DNA of 39,705 nucleotides from Promethearchaeota archaeon (GCA_048941015.1 JBHLNZ010000029.1:1-39705), one strand, 5' to 3'. Positions 28,134-38,211 are shown, counted from the first letter of the stretch. Numbers and translations: made by a program. The notes: generated from the letters alone by a model not told the origin.

Positions 28134-29333
28134 ATGGAAAAAGAAGTAATGGATGATATTAAAAAATATCAAAAAGCTGAAAAGTTAAAAAAATGGCGAG
28201 ATGAGGTTCAACCTATTCCTTGGTATTATGATGGATTAGAAAACCTCTGTGATAGAATACACCCTGGAAAGCAAAAATTAAGGGTAACTGATATTGAAAG
28301 TCTTTCCCATGATACTAAATTAGTTAGATTTGTTTCAGCGAATCCTAAAAAACCTTTAGCACCATTTCGAGCGGGACAATACATTGGACTTACTGTTGAA
28401 ATTGGTAATGTACGGACTAGTCGTCCTTATTCTATAGTTTCATCACCAAATCAGCTTGCCTACTATGAATTAGGCATTAGAAAAAAATTAGATGGTTTTG
28501 TAAGTCCCTATTTAATTGATAATATTAAAATTGGAGATGTTTTTGAAGCAACAGAGCCATTGGGTACCTTCTACTATAATCCTATCTTTCATGGTAAGAA
28601 TTTGGTGTTCATTGCTGGAGGATGTGGAATCACACCTTTTATTTCGATTTTAAGAGATATTTCAGAAAGAGTACTGGATTTAAATGTTTGGTTAATTTTT
28701 GGTTGTTTAACCGAAAAAGATATTTTATTTCGGGATCTTTTAGAAAATCTTCAAAATAGGAGGCCCAATATCAAAATAAAGTATATTTTATCAGAAGCAG
28801 AATCAAGTTGGAAGGGTGAATGTGGTTTTATTACAAGAGATAAGATAAAAAGTTATATTGAAACAATCGAAAACAAATTTTTCTATGTTGTAGGAAATCG
28901 TACTATGTATTTATTTATTGATGAAGAATTAAAAGAATTAGGTATTTCAAGACACCGCATTAATTATGAAGCTTTTGGAGTTCCAGATGACATAACTAAA
29001 GTAATAGGATGGCCGCAAGAAATTGATGTTAATAGAAAAGTAAAATTAACTATTGAATTAAAAAATTATGGGCAGAAAAATCAAAAAATGTTTGAAGTTC
29101 TTTGTTCAGAGCCTCTCTTAAATAGTCTTGAAAAAGAACTAGGATTAGAACTCCAAATCGAAAGCGGATGTCGTTCAGGAGCATGTGCACTGTGTAGAAC
29201 TAAACTAATCTCTGGAAAAATATTTATTCCTCCTGAAGTAAGAATAAGAGAAGTTGATAAAGACTTTGGATTTATTCATCCTTGTGTCTCTTATCCTTTA
29301 ACAGATCTCCATTTAGATCTAACTATAACATAA
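28134..29333 (+). CDS. FNR-type NAD(P)H:flavin reductase with a C-terminal [2Fe-2S] ferredoxin domain (KshB/PaaE/Hcr-like architecture)
   Basis: FRAGQY, RPYS, GFVS, IAGGCGITP, YEAFG, CRSGACALC...HPC; 3 nt after the previous stop, with a GGGAGG SD. Confidence 0.9.
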   Translation: MEKEVMDDIKKYQKAEKLKKWRDEVQPIPWYYDGLENLCDRIHPGKQKLRVTDIESLSHDTKLVRFVSANPKKPLAPFRAGQYIGLTVEIGNVRTSRPYSIVSSPNQLAYYELGIRKKLDGFVSPYLIDNIKIGDVFEATEPLGTFYYNPIFHGKNLVFIAGGCGITPFISILRDISERVLDLNVWLIFGCLTEKDILFRDLLENLQNRRPNIKIKYILSEAESSWKGECGFITRDKIKSYIETIENKFFYVVGNRTMYLFIDEELKELGISRHRINYEAFGVPDDITKVIGWPQEIDVNRKVKLTIELKNYGQKNQKMFEVLCSEPLLNSLEKELGLELQIESGCRSGACALCRTKLISGKIFIPPEVRIREVDKDFGFIHPCVSYPLTDLHLDLTIT

Positions 29334-29388
29334 TTATTTTTTATTTTATATTATAAAGAATGATAAAAAAAATAGTAAAATCAAAAAT

Positions 29389-30213
29389 TTATTTCCAACG
29401 CCACTTAGCTTTTGTCTTAGATAATCTAGCTAATGCGCCATTTACCGCATCTTTTGTTTGAAGTAATTGGGAACTTACAAGTGTTTCTAATTCTAATCCA
29501 AAACCTGTATCTTTCCCATAGCAATCATCAATTAACTTTTTAGTTAGTCCTACAGCAAGGGGTGCAGAATCAATTAATTCATCTGTATACATTTTAACAA
29601 TTGAATTTAATTCATCGTGGGATTTAGCAACTCGATTGACAACACCAAGTCTATAAGCTTCATTTCCATCAAACTTACGCCCTGTTAAAATGATATCTTT
29701 CGTGTTTTGGATCCCTACAAGTCTTGTTAGTCTAATTGTACCACCAACGTCTGGGTTCATACCGATCTTAGATTCTAGCATATGGAATTCGGAAGATTCT
29801 GTACAAAGGCGAAAATCACATGCTAATGCTAACTCAAATGCCATGCCATAACAATATCCATTAATTATAGCAATCACAGGTTTCTCCATCTTTTCGATTT
29901 TAGTGAATATAGGATGGATCCACGTGTTTGCGAAATATCTAAAATTTCTAACAACTTTTAGATCGGGAATTACTCCTTCAGGATCTTTTTCTTGACCAGT
30001 TAGGAATTTTAAATCTATACCTGAACTAAAAAAATCATCTCCTCCAGTTATAATAACAACTCTTGTATCCGTACGTTCCACTTTATCAATTGCTTTTTGA
30101 AGACCAACCAATAAATCATAATTCATCGCATTTTTTTTTTCTAAACGATTCATTTTTATTATTGTTATCGTTTTATCCTCGTTTTCTTCTATTAATACAG
30201 CATTTTCATCCAA
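29389..30213 (-). CDS. Enoyl-CoA hydratase/isomerase family protein
   Basis: FSSGIDL, KPVIAIING, FELALACD, MLESKIGMNPDVGG; TTG at 30213 preferred because the longer call overlaps the divergent gene's start. Confidence 0.85.
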   Translation of the reverse strand: MDENAVLIEENEDKTITIIKMNRLEKKNAMNYDLLVGLQKAIDKVERTDTRVVIITGGDDFFSSGIDLKFLTGQEKDPEGVIPDLKVVRNFRYFANTWIHPIFTKIEKMEKPVIAIINGYCYGMAFELALACDFRLCTESSEFHMLESKIGMNPDVGGTIRLTRLVGIQNTKDIILTGRKFDGNEAYRLGVVNRVAKSHDELNSIVKMYTDELIDSAPLAVGLTKKLIDDCYGKDTGFGLELETLVSSQLLQTKDAVNGALARLSKTKAKWRWK

Positions 30214-30379
30214 ATTTTTTTCACTTTCTAATTTTAATTTTTGAATAGTATAATTGTATTTTGATAAAAAAATTATTTCTTTCCTTGAAAGAATTGAATA
30301 TAGACAGAATTGTAAAACCTTAAATATTATCAAAATGTAAACATCATATTTATTTTGATATAAAGAGGTGATGAGATCC

Positions 30380-30976
30380 ATGAGTCAAGAAATAGAAAAG
30401 CCATTAATAAAGAAAGTTAATAAACTTTCAAATCCTCGCATAGCTCCGCTAGAAGGAGAATGGCATAAATCAATAAATAAGGAATATAGCGTCTTAAACC
30501 AAATATTTGACGGTAAAATAATAAATGTTCACAAAACAATTGCCAGATATCCAAAATTAATGAAAAACTGGTATCCTTTTTTTGCGCATATTGTTGCTGG
30601 ATCAAGGCTTCCAAAACGAGATAGGGAAATAATTATTCTTAGAATTGGTTGGCTCTGCCAATCGGAATATGAATGGGCTCAACACGCAATTTCTGCTGAA
30701 AGTGCAGGCTTTACTGAGGAAGAGATTCAAAGAATTACAAAAGGTCCCAATGCTGAGGGTTGGAATGAGTTTGAAAAGACACTCATTCGTGCTGTCGATG
30801 AACTTCATACTAATGCTTTTATAAGTGACGTTACTTGGAAAAAATTATCAGAAAAATATGATGATAAAAAATTGATGGATTTAATTTTCACTGTTGGAGA
30901 ATATAATCTTGTTTCTATGTTCTTAAATTCCGTAGGAGTTCAAATAGAAGAAGGTAAGAAGGGTTTTCCTGATTGA
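30380..30976 (+). CDS. Carboxymuconolactone decarboxylase/AhpD family protein
   Basis: LPKRDREIIILRIGWLCQSEYEWAQH; alternative starts at 30368 and 30371. Confidence 0.82.
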   Translation: MSQEIEKPLIKKVNKLSNPRIAPLEGEWHKSINKEYSVLNQIFDGKIINVHKTIARYPKLMKNWYPFFAHIVAGSRLPKRDREIIILRIGWLCQSEYEWAQHAISAESAGFTEEEIQRITKGPNAEGWNEFEKTLIRAVDELHTNAFISDVTWKKLSEKYDDKKLMDLIFTVGEYNLVSMFLNSVGVQIEEGKKGFPD

Positions 30977-31050
30977 GCCTGAATTATTAATTTTCTAATT
31001 TTTTTATTTATCAAATTTAATTAAGGCTTTTTTAACACTTCTGAATAAAA

Positions 31051-31083
31051 ATTCATATCAATATGAAATATATTAATATGAAT
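31051..31083. promoter_or_regulatory. 14-bp inverted repeat (candidate operator) upstream of the BKACE gene
   Basis: ATTCATATCAATAT-N5-ATATTAATATGAAT, 13/14 complementary. Confidence 0.4.
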
Positions 31084-31137
31084 AAAATCTATTCTGCATA
31101 GTAATCTAAGTTTAAAATAGAAAAGAAATTTTAAGAA

Positions 31138-32049
31138 GTGATAAAAATTTCAGAAAAAGATTTATCAAATAAGTTAGTAATTAGTGCCGCATTAGCGGGG
31201 GCAGTTACTACTAAAACAAATAACCCAAATGTTCCTTATACAGCTGAAGAGTTCGGAGATGAAGCTAAAAAGTGTTATGATGCAGGCGCTGCTATAGTTC
31301 ATATTCATGCGCGAGATCCAGAAAAGGGAAATCCTGTTCACGATTTAGATCTGATTAGAGCAGTTGTAGAGAATATAAAATCAAAAGCACCAGATGTAAT
31401 CATTAACCTTAGTTCTGCCATAAGCGCAATAGCAACTCCAAAGCAACGTATTGCACCTGTTCAAACATTTAAACCCCCAATCGCGTCATTAAATACGAAC
31501 AGCATGAATTTTAGCGTAGGAGATTATAAAGCTGGAAAAGTGATAATGGGGAACACTAATATTTTCCAAAATGATTTTCGAACAATTGAAAAGTTTGCTA
31601 AAGAAATGAAGAAAGTAGGGACAAAACCAGAGATGGAAATTTATGATTTTGGTGGTATGTATAACATGCTCTTTTTGAATAAACAAGAAAATTTATTCGA
31701 ACACCCTCTTCATTTTCAATTAGTGTTTGGAGTTTTAGGAGGTATTCCTTTTAGTCCCAATAATTTAGGACAATTATTAGGATTAATGCCTGAAGGTTCT
31801 ACTTGGAGTGTATGCGGAGTAGCGAAACATCAATTCCAAGCAGGACTTAGTGCTGCTGCCTGGGGGGGTCACATACGAGTAGGATTAGAAGATAATACAA
31901 GAGTAATCTCTGGTGAATTAGCTAAAGGATCATGGGAACAAGTTGAGTGGGCAGCCCAGGTTGCAAAAATTGCAGGGCGAGAAGTCGCGACACCAGCAGA
32001 AACTAAAAAAATATTTCATCTCCTAAGAGATGATGTAGAATTAAATTGA
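31138..32049 (+). CDS. 3-keto-5-aminohexanoate cleavage enzyme family protein (BKACE/DUF849)
   Basis: NPNVPYT, AGAAIVHIHARD, KPEMEIYD, GGHIRVGLEDN. Confidence 0.9.
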   Translation: MIKISEKDLSNKLVISAALAGAVTTKTNNPNVPYTAEEFGDEAKKCYDAGAAIVHIHARDPEKGNPVHDLDLIRAVVENIKSKAPDVIINLSSAISAIATPKQRIAPVQTFKPPIASLNTNSMNFSVGDYKAGKVIMGNTNIFQNDFRTIEKFAKEMKKVGTKPEMEIYDFGGMYNMLFLNKQENLFEHPLHFQLVFGVLGGIPFSPNNLGQLLGLMPEGSTWSVCGVAKHQFQAGLSAAAWGGHIRVGLEDNTRVISGELAKGSWEQVEWAAQVAKIAGREVATPAETKKIFHLLRDDVELN

Positions 32050-32187
32050 TTTAATAACATTAAATCAAAAATTCAATTTTCTTTTTATTATATATTTCGT
32101 ATAAACAATTATTTTCTTCGATTAAAAACAATGTATTAAAAATTATAAAAATATATTTTTAAGGAATTGAAAAATAAAAAGAAAAAT

Positions 32188-32790
32188 TTAGAATGTAAAG
32201 CCCTCTGGTAATTCTGATTCATTTGTTCCTTCAACTACAAACATTAAATCCATAATTGTATAAGTAGGATTCTTAGTTCGAAATATAGGCACAACTTTTT
32301 TTCCTATCTCTGGTTCTCCTACGACTAGAACGCTCATAAGGATAGTTACCACTTCTTCATCAAATTCAACATTTATAAATTTGATGGGTTTTGGTAAGGT
32401 ATTAAAAGCTCCAGAACGATGTGTAACAATAAAAGAATGGATCTTGGCAGTTTTCTGAGCCTTTTCAGTAATATCTACAACGGTATTTTTCCTTAGGCAA
32501 TCTGGGCAAAATATTCGAAATGGTTCATAAATTGAACCTTTTGTTTCACACCTATCGTTATCACATCTTGATGCCATTAATTTTCCTTTACCAAGAGAAT
32601 CAAAAAATATAGTTTCTGCTCCATATGAGTGAATATATGTCATATCTCTGGGATTTGTAACACCTGCTAATTTTCCCGTATCTTTATTAAAAATAGGTTG
32701 ATTCTTTTCAATTATATGAAAAATTCCTCTAGGTTTATATCTTCCGTTAACAATTTCTACGAAACCCTTTTCTTTTTCTGTTTTTGGCAT
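32188..32790 (-). CDS. DUF35 Zn-ribbon/OB-fold protein (second)
   Basis: CDNDRC...RIFCPDC plus OB-fold; 4 nt downstream of the second thiolase-fold gene, with a GGAGG SD. Confidence 0.8.
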   Translation of the reverse strand: MPKTEKEKGFVEIVNGRYKPRGIFHIIEKNQPIFNKDTGKLAGVTNPRDMTYIHSYGAETIFFDSLGKGKLMASRCDNDRCETKGSIYEPFRIFCPDCLRKNTVVDITEKAQKTAKIHSFIVTHRSGAFNTLPKPIKFINVEFDEEVVTILMSVLVVGEPEIGKKVVPIFRTKNPTYTIMDLMFVVEGTNESELPEGFTF

Positions 32791-32794
32791 CTTT

Positions 32795-34216
32795 CTAATC
32801 CTCCTTTAATAAATTATTTGGATTCATTAAAATTGTACAAGTAACATGAGAACCTACTCCTGCATGAGAAATTGCTAATGCTCTTTTCGCTCCTTTAACT
32901 TGTAGGCTTGTCCAATCTTTAGGTTTTTCTCTGCCAAAGGTTTTCCATTTCTCTTCAGGTTCATGAATTTCATCCCATCGATTCCATATATGATATCCAA
33001 TCTCAGCAATTTGCATTAAACCTGTTGCTCCTACAGCATGCATACACCCAATTAATCCACCAGAAGGGTTACTTGGTAACTTCCCCGGTTTTTTAGTATT
33101 TGGGTTAATAACATATGCATCTCCACTTTCAATATAGTCTCTTCCTTCTCCGTAAGGTCTGATTCCAATATCTTCATATGTTTGAATATCACTTATTGTA
33201 AATGCATCATGAAGCTCAACTAGGTCAAGATCCTCTGTAGGATCAACAACACCAGACATATGATATGCATAATAAGCAGATATTCTAGCTGCTAAGAAAC
33301 TCGTGAAACCTGGATAACGATCTCCACCTGGAAATCTTTTTCCTAAATCATCATATTGATTTGGTTTTTCATTCGGTAAAAGAGGTATTTTCATATCTCT
33401 TCGGTCAGCTACTCGCAAAGTATGACTCCCAGCACCAATATATATCCTAAGTGGTTTATCTGTAATTTCATATGCTGTTTTTTCGTCACATACTATTCCG
33501 CATGCAGCTCCAACACTCATTAAGCAGCAATCTAAAGCACGAAGAGGATAAGCAACTATAGGTGAATTAATTACATCTTCAACTGTAATTTTCATGGGTC
33601 CTTGAGCGTGTGGATTCATTCTAGCGTAACCTCGATTTTTTACAGCTACTTCCGCCATAGTATTTCGAAATGTATCTTCTTCTTTACCAAATATTTTCCA
33701 ATATCTTTGAGCCATCACAGCATAATAGCCTGTATAAATATGTCCTAAAGGAGTTTCCCAATCTTTATCAGCAGCACATGAAATAAGATGGTTACCTTCA
33801 TCTGTTGGGACTTCATCCATTCGTTCCCAGCCCATAGCAAGAGCACAATCACTATAGCCAGAAGCCACGGTTTTAACAGCTTCCCACATAGCAGAGCCTC
33901 CTGTAGCTCCACCTGTTTTTACCCCAATATTTCCTAATGGATCCAATCCAAGTCTATCATGGATAACAGCTTCTCCCAATAGTTGATCACCAAAATGATC
34001 CGCAAAATGACCATAATAACAAGTATGAATAAACTTTTTTAATTCACTAGGCGTCATTTTCACAAAATCTGCAGCTGCAGTTAAAGCTTCGATGCATAAT
34101 TCTTCAGTTCGCTTTTCTGGAAAAGCTCTATCAAATTTCGACATTCCTACAGTAGCCAAATATACTGGACGCATTAGTTTGGGGATTTTTAATTGTTTAT
34201 CACTAAATTTTATCAT
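32795..34216 (-). CDS. Thiolase-fold protein (second) lacking the nucleophilic Cys
   Basis: KTGGATGG (Gly103), VKNRGYARMNPHAQ, LDCC, ELHDAF, SGGLIGCMHAVGATG. Confidence 0.88.
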   Translation of the reverse strand: MIKFSDKQLKIPKLMRPVYLATVGMSKFDRAFPEKRTEELCIEALTAAADFVKMTPSELKKFIHTCYYGHFADHFGDQLLGEAVIHDRLGLDPLGNIGVKTGGATGGSAMWEAVKTVASGYSDCALAMGWERMDEVPTDEGNHLISCAADKDWETPLGHIYTGYYAVMAQRYWKIFGKEEDTFRNTMAEVAVKNRGYARMNPHAQGPMKITVEDVINSPIVAYPLRALDCCLMSVGAACGIVCDEKTAYEITDKPLRIYIGAGSHTLRVADRRDMKIPLLPNEKPNQYDDLGKRFPGGDRYPGFTSFLAARISAYYAYHMSGVVDPTEDLDLVELHDAFTISDIQTYEDIGIRPYGEGRDYIESGDAYVINPNTKKPGKLPSNPSGGLIGCMHAVGATGLMQIAEIGYHIWNRWDEIHEPEEKWKTFGREKPKDWTSLQVKGAKRALAISHAGVGSHVTCTILMNPNNLLKED

Positions 34217-34524
34217 GTTTTTCCCTAAATTTTTATATTAAATTAACTTTTTTAAATAAGAATCTTGTTTATTAATAAATTCAATTAAAAGATATAAGTC
34301 TTGTTATACTCTCAATTGAGTTAAATATTTATAAATTAATTCAAATTTCATTAAAAATCTATTTTAAGTTCATCTATAGATCTCTTGCATATGTCTTGTC
34401 AACCCCAATTTTCCATTTAAATTTTTAATGAAGTTAAGATTTTATTGTTATATTTTATTTTGATTAAAATATTTCTAATTATTATAGTACTTTTTAAAAA
34501 TTAAAATTAAATATATGAAATATT

Positions 34525-35859
34525 ATGGATACTAGAATATCAGAATTTGAACCCATTCATATCCAACGCTATGTTCCCGAATTAGATTTATTAAACAATC
34601 CTGTACTAAATGCAAAAGAAAAGGAATTCTTAGCAGAGTTATACGAATTTATTGAAAAAGAGCTTGACTCTGAATTAAGAAAGTTAATTGAGTTAAACTA
34701 TCTTGTTGAGGAGCCAACTCAAGATAAAAAGAAAGAATTAGTTATTGGGATAATGAAAAAATTAGCTGAAAAAGGCTATTACTCAACTGTTTTAAACACG
34801 GAAGAATATGAAGTTGGAAGGATTACTAGAAATGCGCTTATTGCTTATGCTTTATGTGGAGGTCGTTGGAGTGAATATAGTGAAAGATATATTGCTGGTA
34901 ATTATAGCATTGAAATGGGTCGATTAGCAGGTGGAACTCTCTATTGTAATCCTGTTAATTATGCTGCTGATGATTGGCAAAAAGAAAATTTTCTAGTCCC
35001 GGTTGCTAGAGACGGTCAAATCGGGGCTTCGGCTATGACTGAATTTAATGCTGGATCGGATATCTTTAGGATGGAACTTAGATTACATGAACGAAATGAT
35101 AATATAATTGCTAAGGGTAAGAAATTATTTATTACAAATGGTATGATCGCGGATTTTATAGTATTGTATGGAAGATTAAATAATGGACAATTAGGTGCAG
35201 TCATAGTAGATACAGAACATCAACAATTAAAAGATTTTAGAAGCACCAGAATCAGAACTTATGGAATGACAGATGCTTTTGTTAGTCGATTGATATTTGA
35301 CAGAGTTGAAATCCCAAAAAAGAATATTCTTCACGGACATGGATTGGATATAGCTTTTCACCAATTAACAGAGGAACGATTGGTAATTAGTGCTGAAGCT
35401 TTAGGAGATACTATGAAGAAATTACTCTATTCTCATGCTTATGCTCTGCAACGTAGACAGTTTGAAAAGAGGTTGCACCAATATCAAGTTATCCGTTTCC
35501 CCATTTCCCGAAAAATCCGTGAATTAAATCTTCATATTTCTGCTTTAATCAACTATGCGAGACAGCTTGATGAAAATCCTGAATTAGGGAGTTCAAAATT
35601 AATGGCTGCTAATGCTATGGGACTAAAAATAAGTGCTACTGAATTAGGCTTCGAAAGTGCAATTCATTGTTTCAGAACTATGGGTGGAAGAGGATTTACT
35701 AGGCAATATGGTAATGAGATCGGACTTCTAGATCCTTATTGTATGTTGCACGGTGGTGGATCAAACTACGTATTAGAAGATAGCGAATCAAGAAGATTTT
35801 TCAAGTATAAACCTACTCGTACTGAACGAGAAGATTTTATTCCAAGAATAGATTATTAA
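34525..35859 (+). CDS. Acyl-CoA dehydrogenase family protein (divergent)
   Basis: AMTEFNAGSD, GKKLFITNG, LTEERL, RRQFEK, MGGRGF, HGGGSN (Gly at the usual YEGT Glu, Glu present in the IVD/LCAD-type position). Confidence 0.85.
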   Translation: MDTRISEFEPIHIQRYVPELDLLNNPVLNAKEKEFLAELYEFIEKELDSELRKLIELNYLVEEPTQDKKKELVIGIMKKLAEKGYYSTVLNTEEYEVGRITRNALIAYALCGGRWSEYSERYIAGNYSIEMGRLAGGTLYCNPVNYAADDWQKENFLVPVARDGQIGASAMTEFNAGSDIFRMELRLHERNDNIIAKGKKLFITNGMIADFIVLYGRLNNGQLGAVIVDTEHQQLKDFRSTRIRTYGMTDAFVSRLIFDRVEIPKKNILHGHGLDIAFHQLTEERLVISAEALGDTMKKLLYSHAYALQRRQFEKRLHQYQVIRFPISRKIRELNLHISALINYARQLDENPELGSSKLMAANAMGLKISATELGFESAIHCFRTMGGRGFTRQYGNEIGLLDPYCMLHGGGSNYVLEDSESRRFFKYKPTRTEREDFIPRIDY

Positions 35860-35949
35860 TTGGATTTAAACTATGTTTTCTCTCTTTACTTTTATTAAAA
35901 ATTTCCAGAGCATAAGTTATTATATTAATTATCTTATTTTATTCAGATA

Positions 35950-36921
35950 ATGGACTTTTATTACAATTTCGAAAGTTTTGATATAACTCCTTTAGTAGAA
36001 CATTATATCGGAAAAAAAATTGAAGATTTATTTCCGAATTATAAAATTATTTCAAATAAAATGGGCAAATTTATAAATATTTCATTCAATATAGAATCTC
36101 TGCCAATTGATCTAAATTTAATGTTATCAAAAAAAAAATTACTACGTAACCTTAAAACAGTTTACTATGTTGGAGAATACACAGAACGTCAATTATTAAA
36201 GAGAGGAGTAAAAACACTTTACGATTTAAAATTAAATTTAAAGTATAGAAGTTCAGCAAAAGAGATTTTAGATTTAATTGAAAATAAAAAATTTAACAAA
36301 TTGTGTGAAAATAGGTATATTAATGATTTAGATGTATCATTTTGTTTTAATTTGGAAGATTTACTATTTCTTGATATTGAGACAATAGGAATATATGACA
36401 GTCCAATCATCATTTTAGGGATTGGATTTTTTAAAAACTCTCTATTCAATATTCATGTTTTTTTTGCGAGAAATATAGGAGAAGAGATTTCTATTTTTGA
36501 ACACTTCAAATCAAATATTCTTCCTAATTTTAAAGTATTTATTACTTATAATGGAAAAAGTTTCGATATTCCTTATATTGGAAACAGATTCTTGTATTAT
36601 TACGATGAGAATCCTATGATTTCCAAGGAAGATTCTCCATATGAAAAATCTAATACAAAATATCATCACATTGATTTATATCATAATTGTAGGAGAAAAT
36701 TTAAAGGTATGTTTGAAGATTATACGTTAACTAATATGGAACAAAAATTATTAGGTTTCAGGAGAAAAAATGAATTACCAAGTAGTTTAGTAGGATTATG
36801 TTATAAAATGTATCTTGATGACCCATTAAGACACGTAGGATTGATAAAAGAAGTTATAGAACATAATTATTGGGATGTTTATTCTATGCCATTAATCCTT
36901 CAAAAATTACTTGAAGAATGA
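35950..36921 (+). CDS. YprB/RNase H-like (DEDD) exonuclease-domain protein
   Basis: FLDIETIG, TYNGKSFDIP, HIDLY, EHNYWDV; N-terminal HhH-like YVGEYTERQL. Confidence 0.85.
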   Translation: MDFYYNFESFDITPLVEHYIGKKIEDLFPNYKIISNKMGKFINISFNIESLPIDLNLMLSKKKLLRNLKTVYYVGEYTERQLLKRGVKTLYDLKLNLKYRSSAKEILDLIENKKFNKLCENRYINDLDVSFCFNLEDLLFLDIETIGIYDSPIIILGIGFFKNSLFNIHVFFARNIGEEISIFEHFKSNILPNFKVFITYNGKSFDIPYIGNRFLYYYDENPMISKEDSPYEKSNTKYHHIDLYHNCRRKFKGMFEDYTLTNMEQKLLGFRRKNELPSSLVGLCYKMYLDDPLRHVGLIKEVIEHNYWDVYSMPLILQKLLEE

Positions 36922-36950
36922 TTTATTAGAAATAAAGCATAACATCATTT

Positions 36951-38135
36951 ATGTATCAAAAGCATAATGATTATGATTTTACTTTAGAGACATTAGACTC
37001 GCTCAATAACAATATCGATATTGTAAAGCTTAATTCTAACAAAAAATCTTGCTTTTTAGGATTTGATGGATATGTTGATTCTCTCTATTCTGTTGTACAG
37101 AGTAGAAAAAGTGCGATTGAATGGAAGAGAATGGAAAGTATGAAAAGTTTTGGCGAATTATTAGTAAAAGTTGCAGGAAGTTCAGCAAGTGTAGAAAGAA
37201 TTTTAAAAAAAAGAATTTTTGGAGGGTTTGCTCCAAATACAGCAAGAGTTCTAAGTAATCTTGGTGTGAAAATATATTTAATAGCGTCTTTAGGTGTTCC
37301 ACAGTATAGTAAACATTTTCAAACTCAACCTTTAATAGAACCATATTCAATAACAAATCCTGGACAAACTTTAGGGTTAGAATTTGATGACGGTAAAGTA
37401 ATGATAACCGATTTTGAACCCATTTTAAAAATAAACTGGCAAACAATCATTAATAAAATACCAAAAGAAAATTTAATTGAAATGATTAACAGATCAGATG
37501 TAATGGGTTTTGGACATTGGTCTATGATACCGAATTTGAATGACATTTGGATACATTTTTTAAATGAACTTTTTCCATCAATTTCTAACTTAAAAGAAAA
37601 ATTATTTTTTGTCGATATTGCTGATATCCGAAAACGTTCAAAACAAGATATAAAGGATTTAATTATAATATTACAAAAAATAAATGAACAAATTCCCGTA
37701 ATGTTAAGTGTTAATGATCAAGAAGCTATAGAGCTCGCTAAAACTTTTGAAAAGGTTAAAAATATTGATCCAAATAAAAAAAATTTTGCTGATTTTATAG
37801 AAGGAGGAAGAAACATTAATAAAATCACTCATCTATCATATTTAGTAATTCATTCTCCTCATTTTGCAACAATTTCCACTTTAGATAATCATTATTGGAT
37901 TACGGAAGGATTCACATCAAAACCAAAATTCACTGTTGCTGCTGGAGATTATTTCCATTCTGGTACTGTATTAGGTTTAGTGTGTGGATTAACACCTCCC
38001 GAATCTATACTATTAGGTAATGCTTTAACAGCTATATTTGTGAGAACAGGCTATCCACCTAATTTTCGAGATTTAAATGAAATTTTACAAAGATATCTAA
38101 AATTCATTGAAAATGATATTCCTAATTTTCCTTAA
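36951..38135 (+). CDS. PfkB/ribokinase-superfamily protein
   Basis: GFDGYVD, GGFAPN, LEFDDGKVM, C-terminal TVAAGDYFHSG signature. Confidence 0.7.
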   Translation: MYQKHNDYDFTLETLDSLNNNIDIVKLNSNKKSCFLGFDGYVDSLYSVVQSRKSAIEWKRMESMKSFGELLVKVAGSSASVERILKKRIFGGFAPNTARVLSNLGVKIYLIASLGVPQYSKHFQTQPLIEPYSITNPGQTLGLEFDDGKVMITDFEPILKINWQTIINKIPKENLIEMINRSDVMGFGHWSMIPNLNDIWIHFLNELFPSISNLKEKLFFVDIADIRKRSKQDIKDLIIILQKINEQIPVMLSVNDQEAIELAKTFEKVKNIDPNKKNFADFIEGGRNINKITHLSYLVIHSPHFATISTLDNHYWITEGFTSKPKFTVAAGDYFHSGTVLGLVCGLTPPESILLGNALTAIFVRTGYPPNFRDLNEILQRYLKFIENDIPNFP

Positions 38136-38211
38136 AAATGAATAATTAGATTGAAATTAAAAAATGTTAAGAAACTTTAATTCTTACTGAATATTTAATA
38201 ATTTGATTCTT

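Noticed and set aside
30214-30381. 56-aa N-terminal extension of the 29389 crotonase in the ORF track
   Set aside because: Low-complexity AT-rich sequence overlapping the divergent gene's start; TTG 30213 with an AGTGA SD gives a normal-length protein.
7081-37546. Short ORFs overlapping longer genes (7081, 9729, 12904, 14031, 14431, 18801, 19037, 19810, 20062, 22061, 22508, 23757, 24259, 30063, 30417, 30602, 31489, 35016, 36219, 37036, 37325)
   Set aside because: They lie antisense to well-supported genes and show no recognisable motifs; treated as shadow ORFs.
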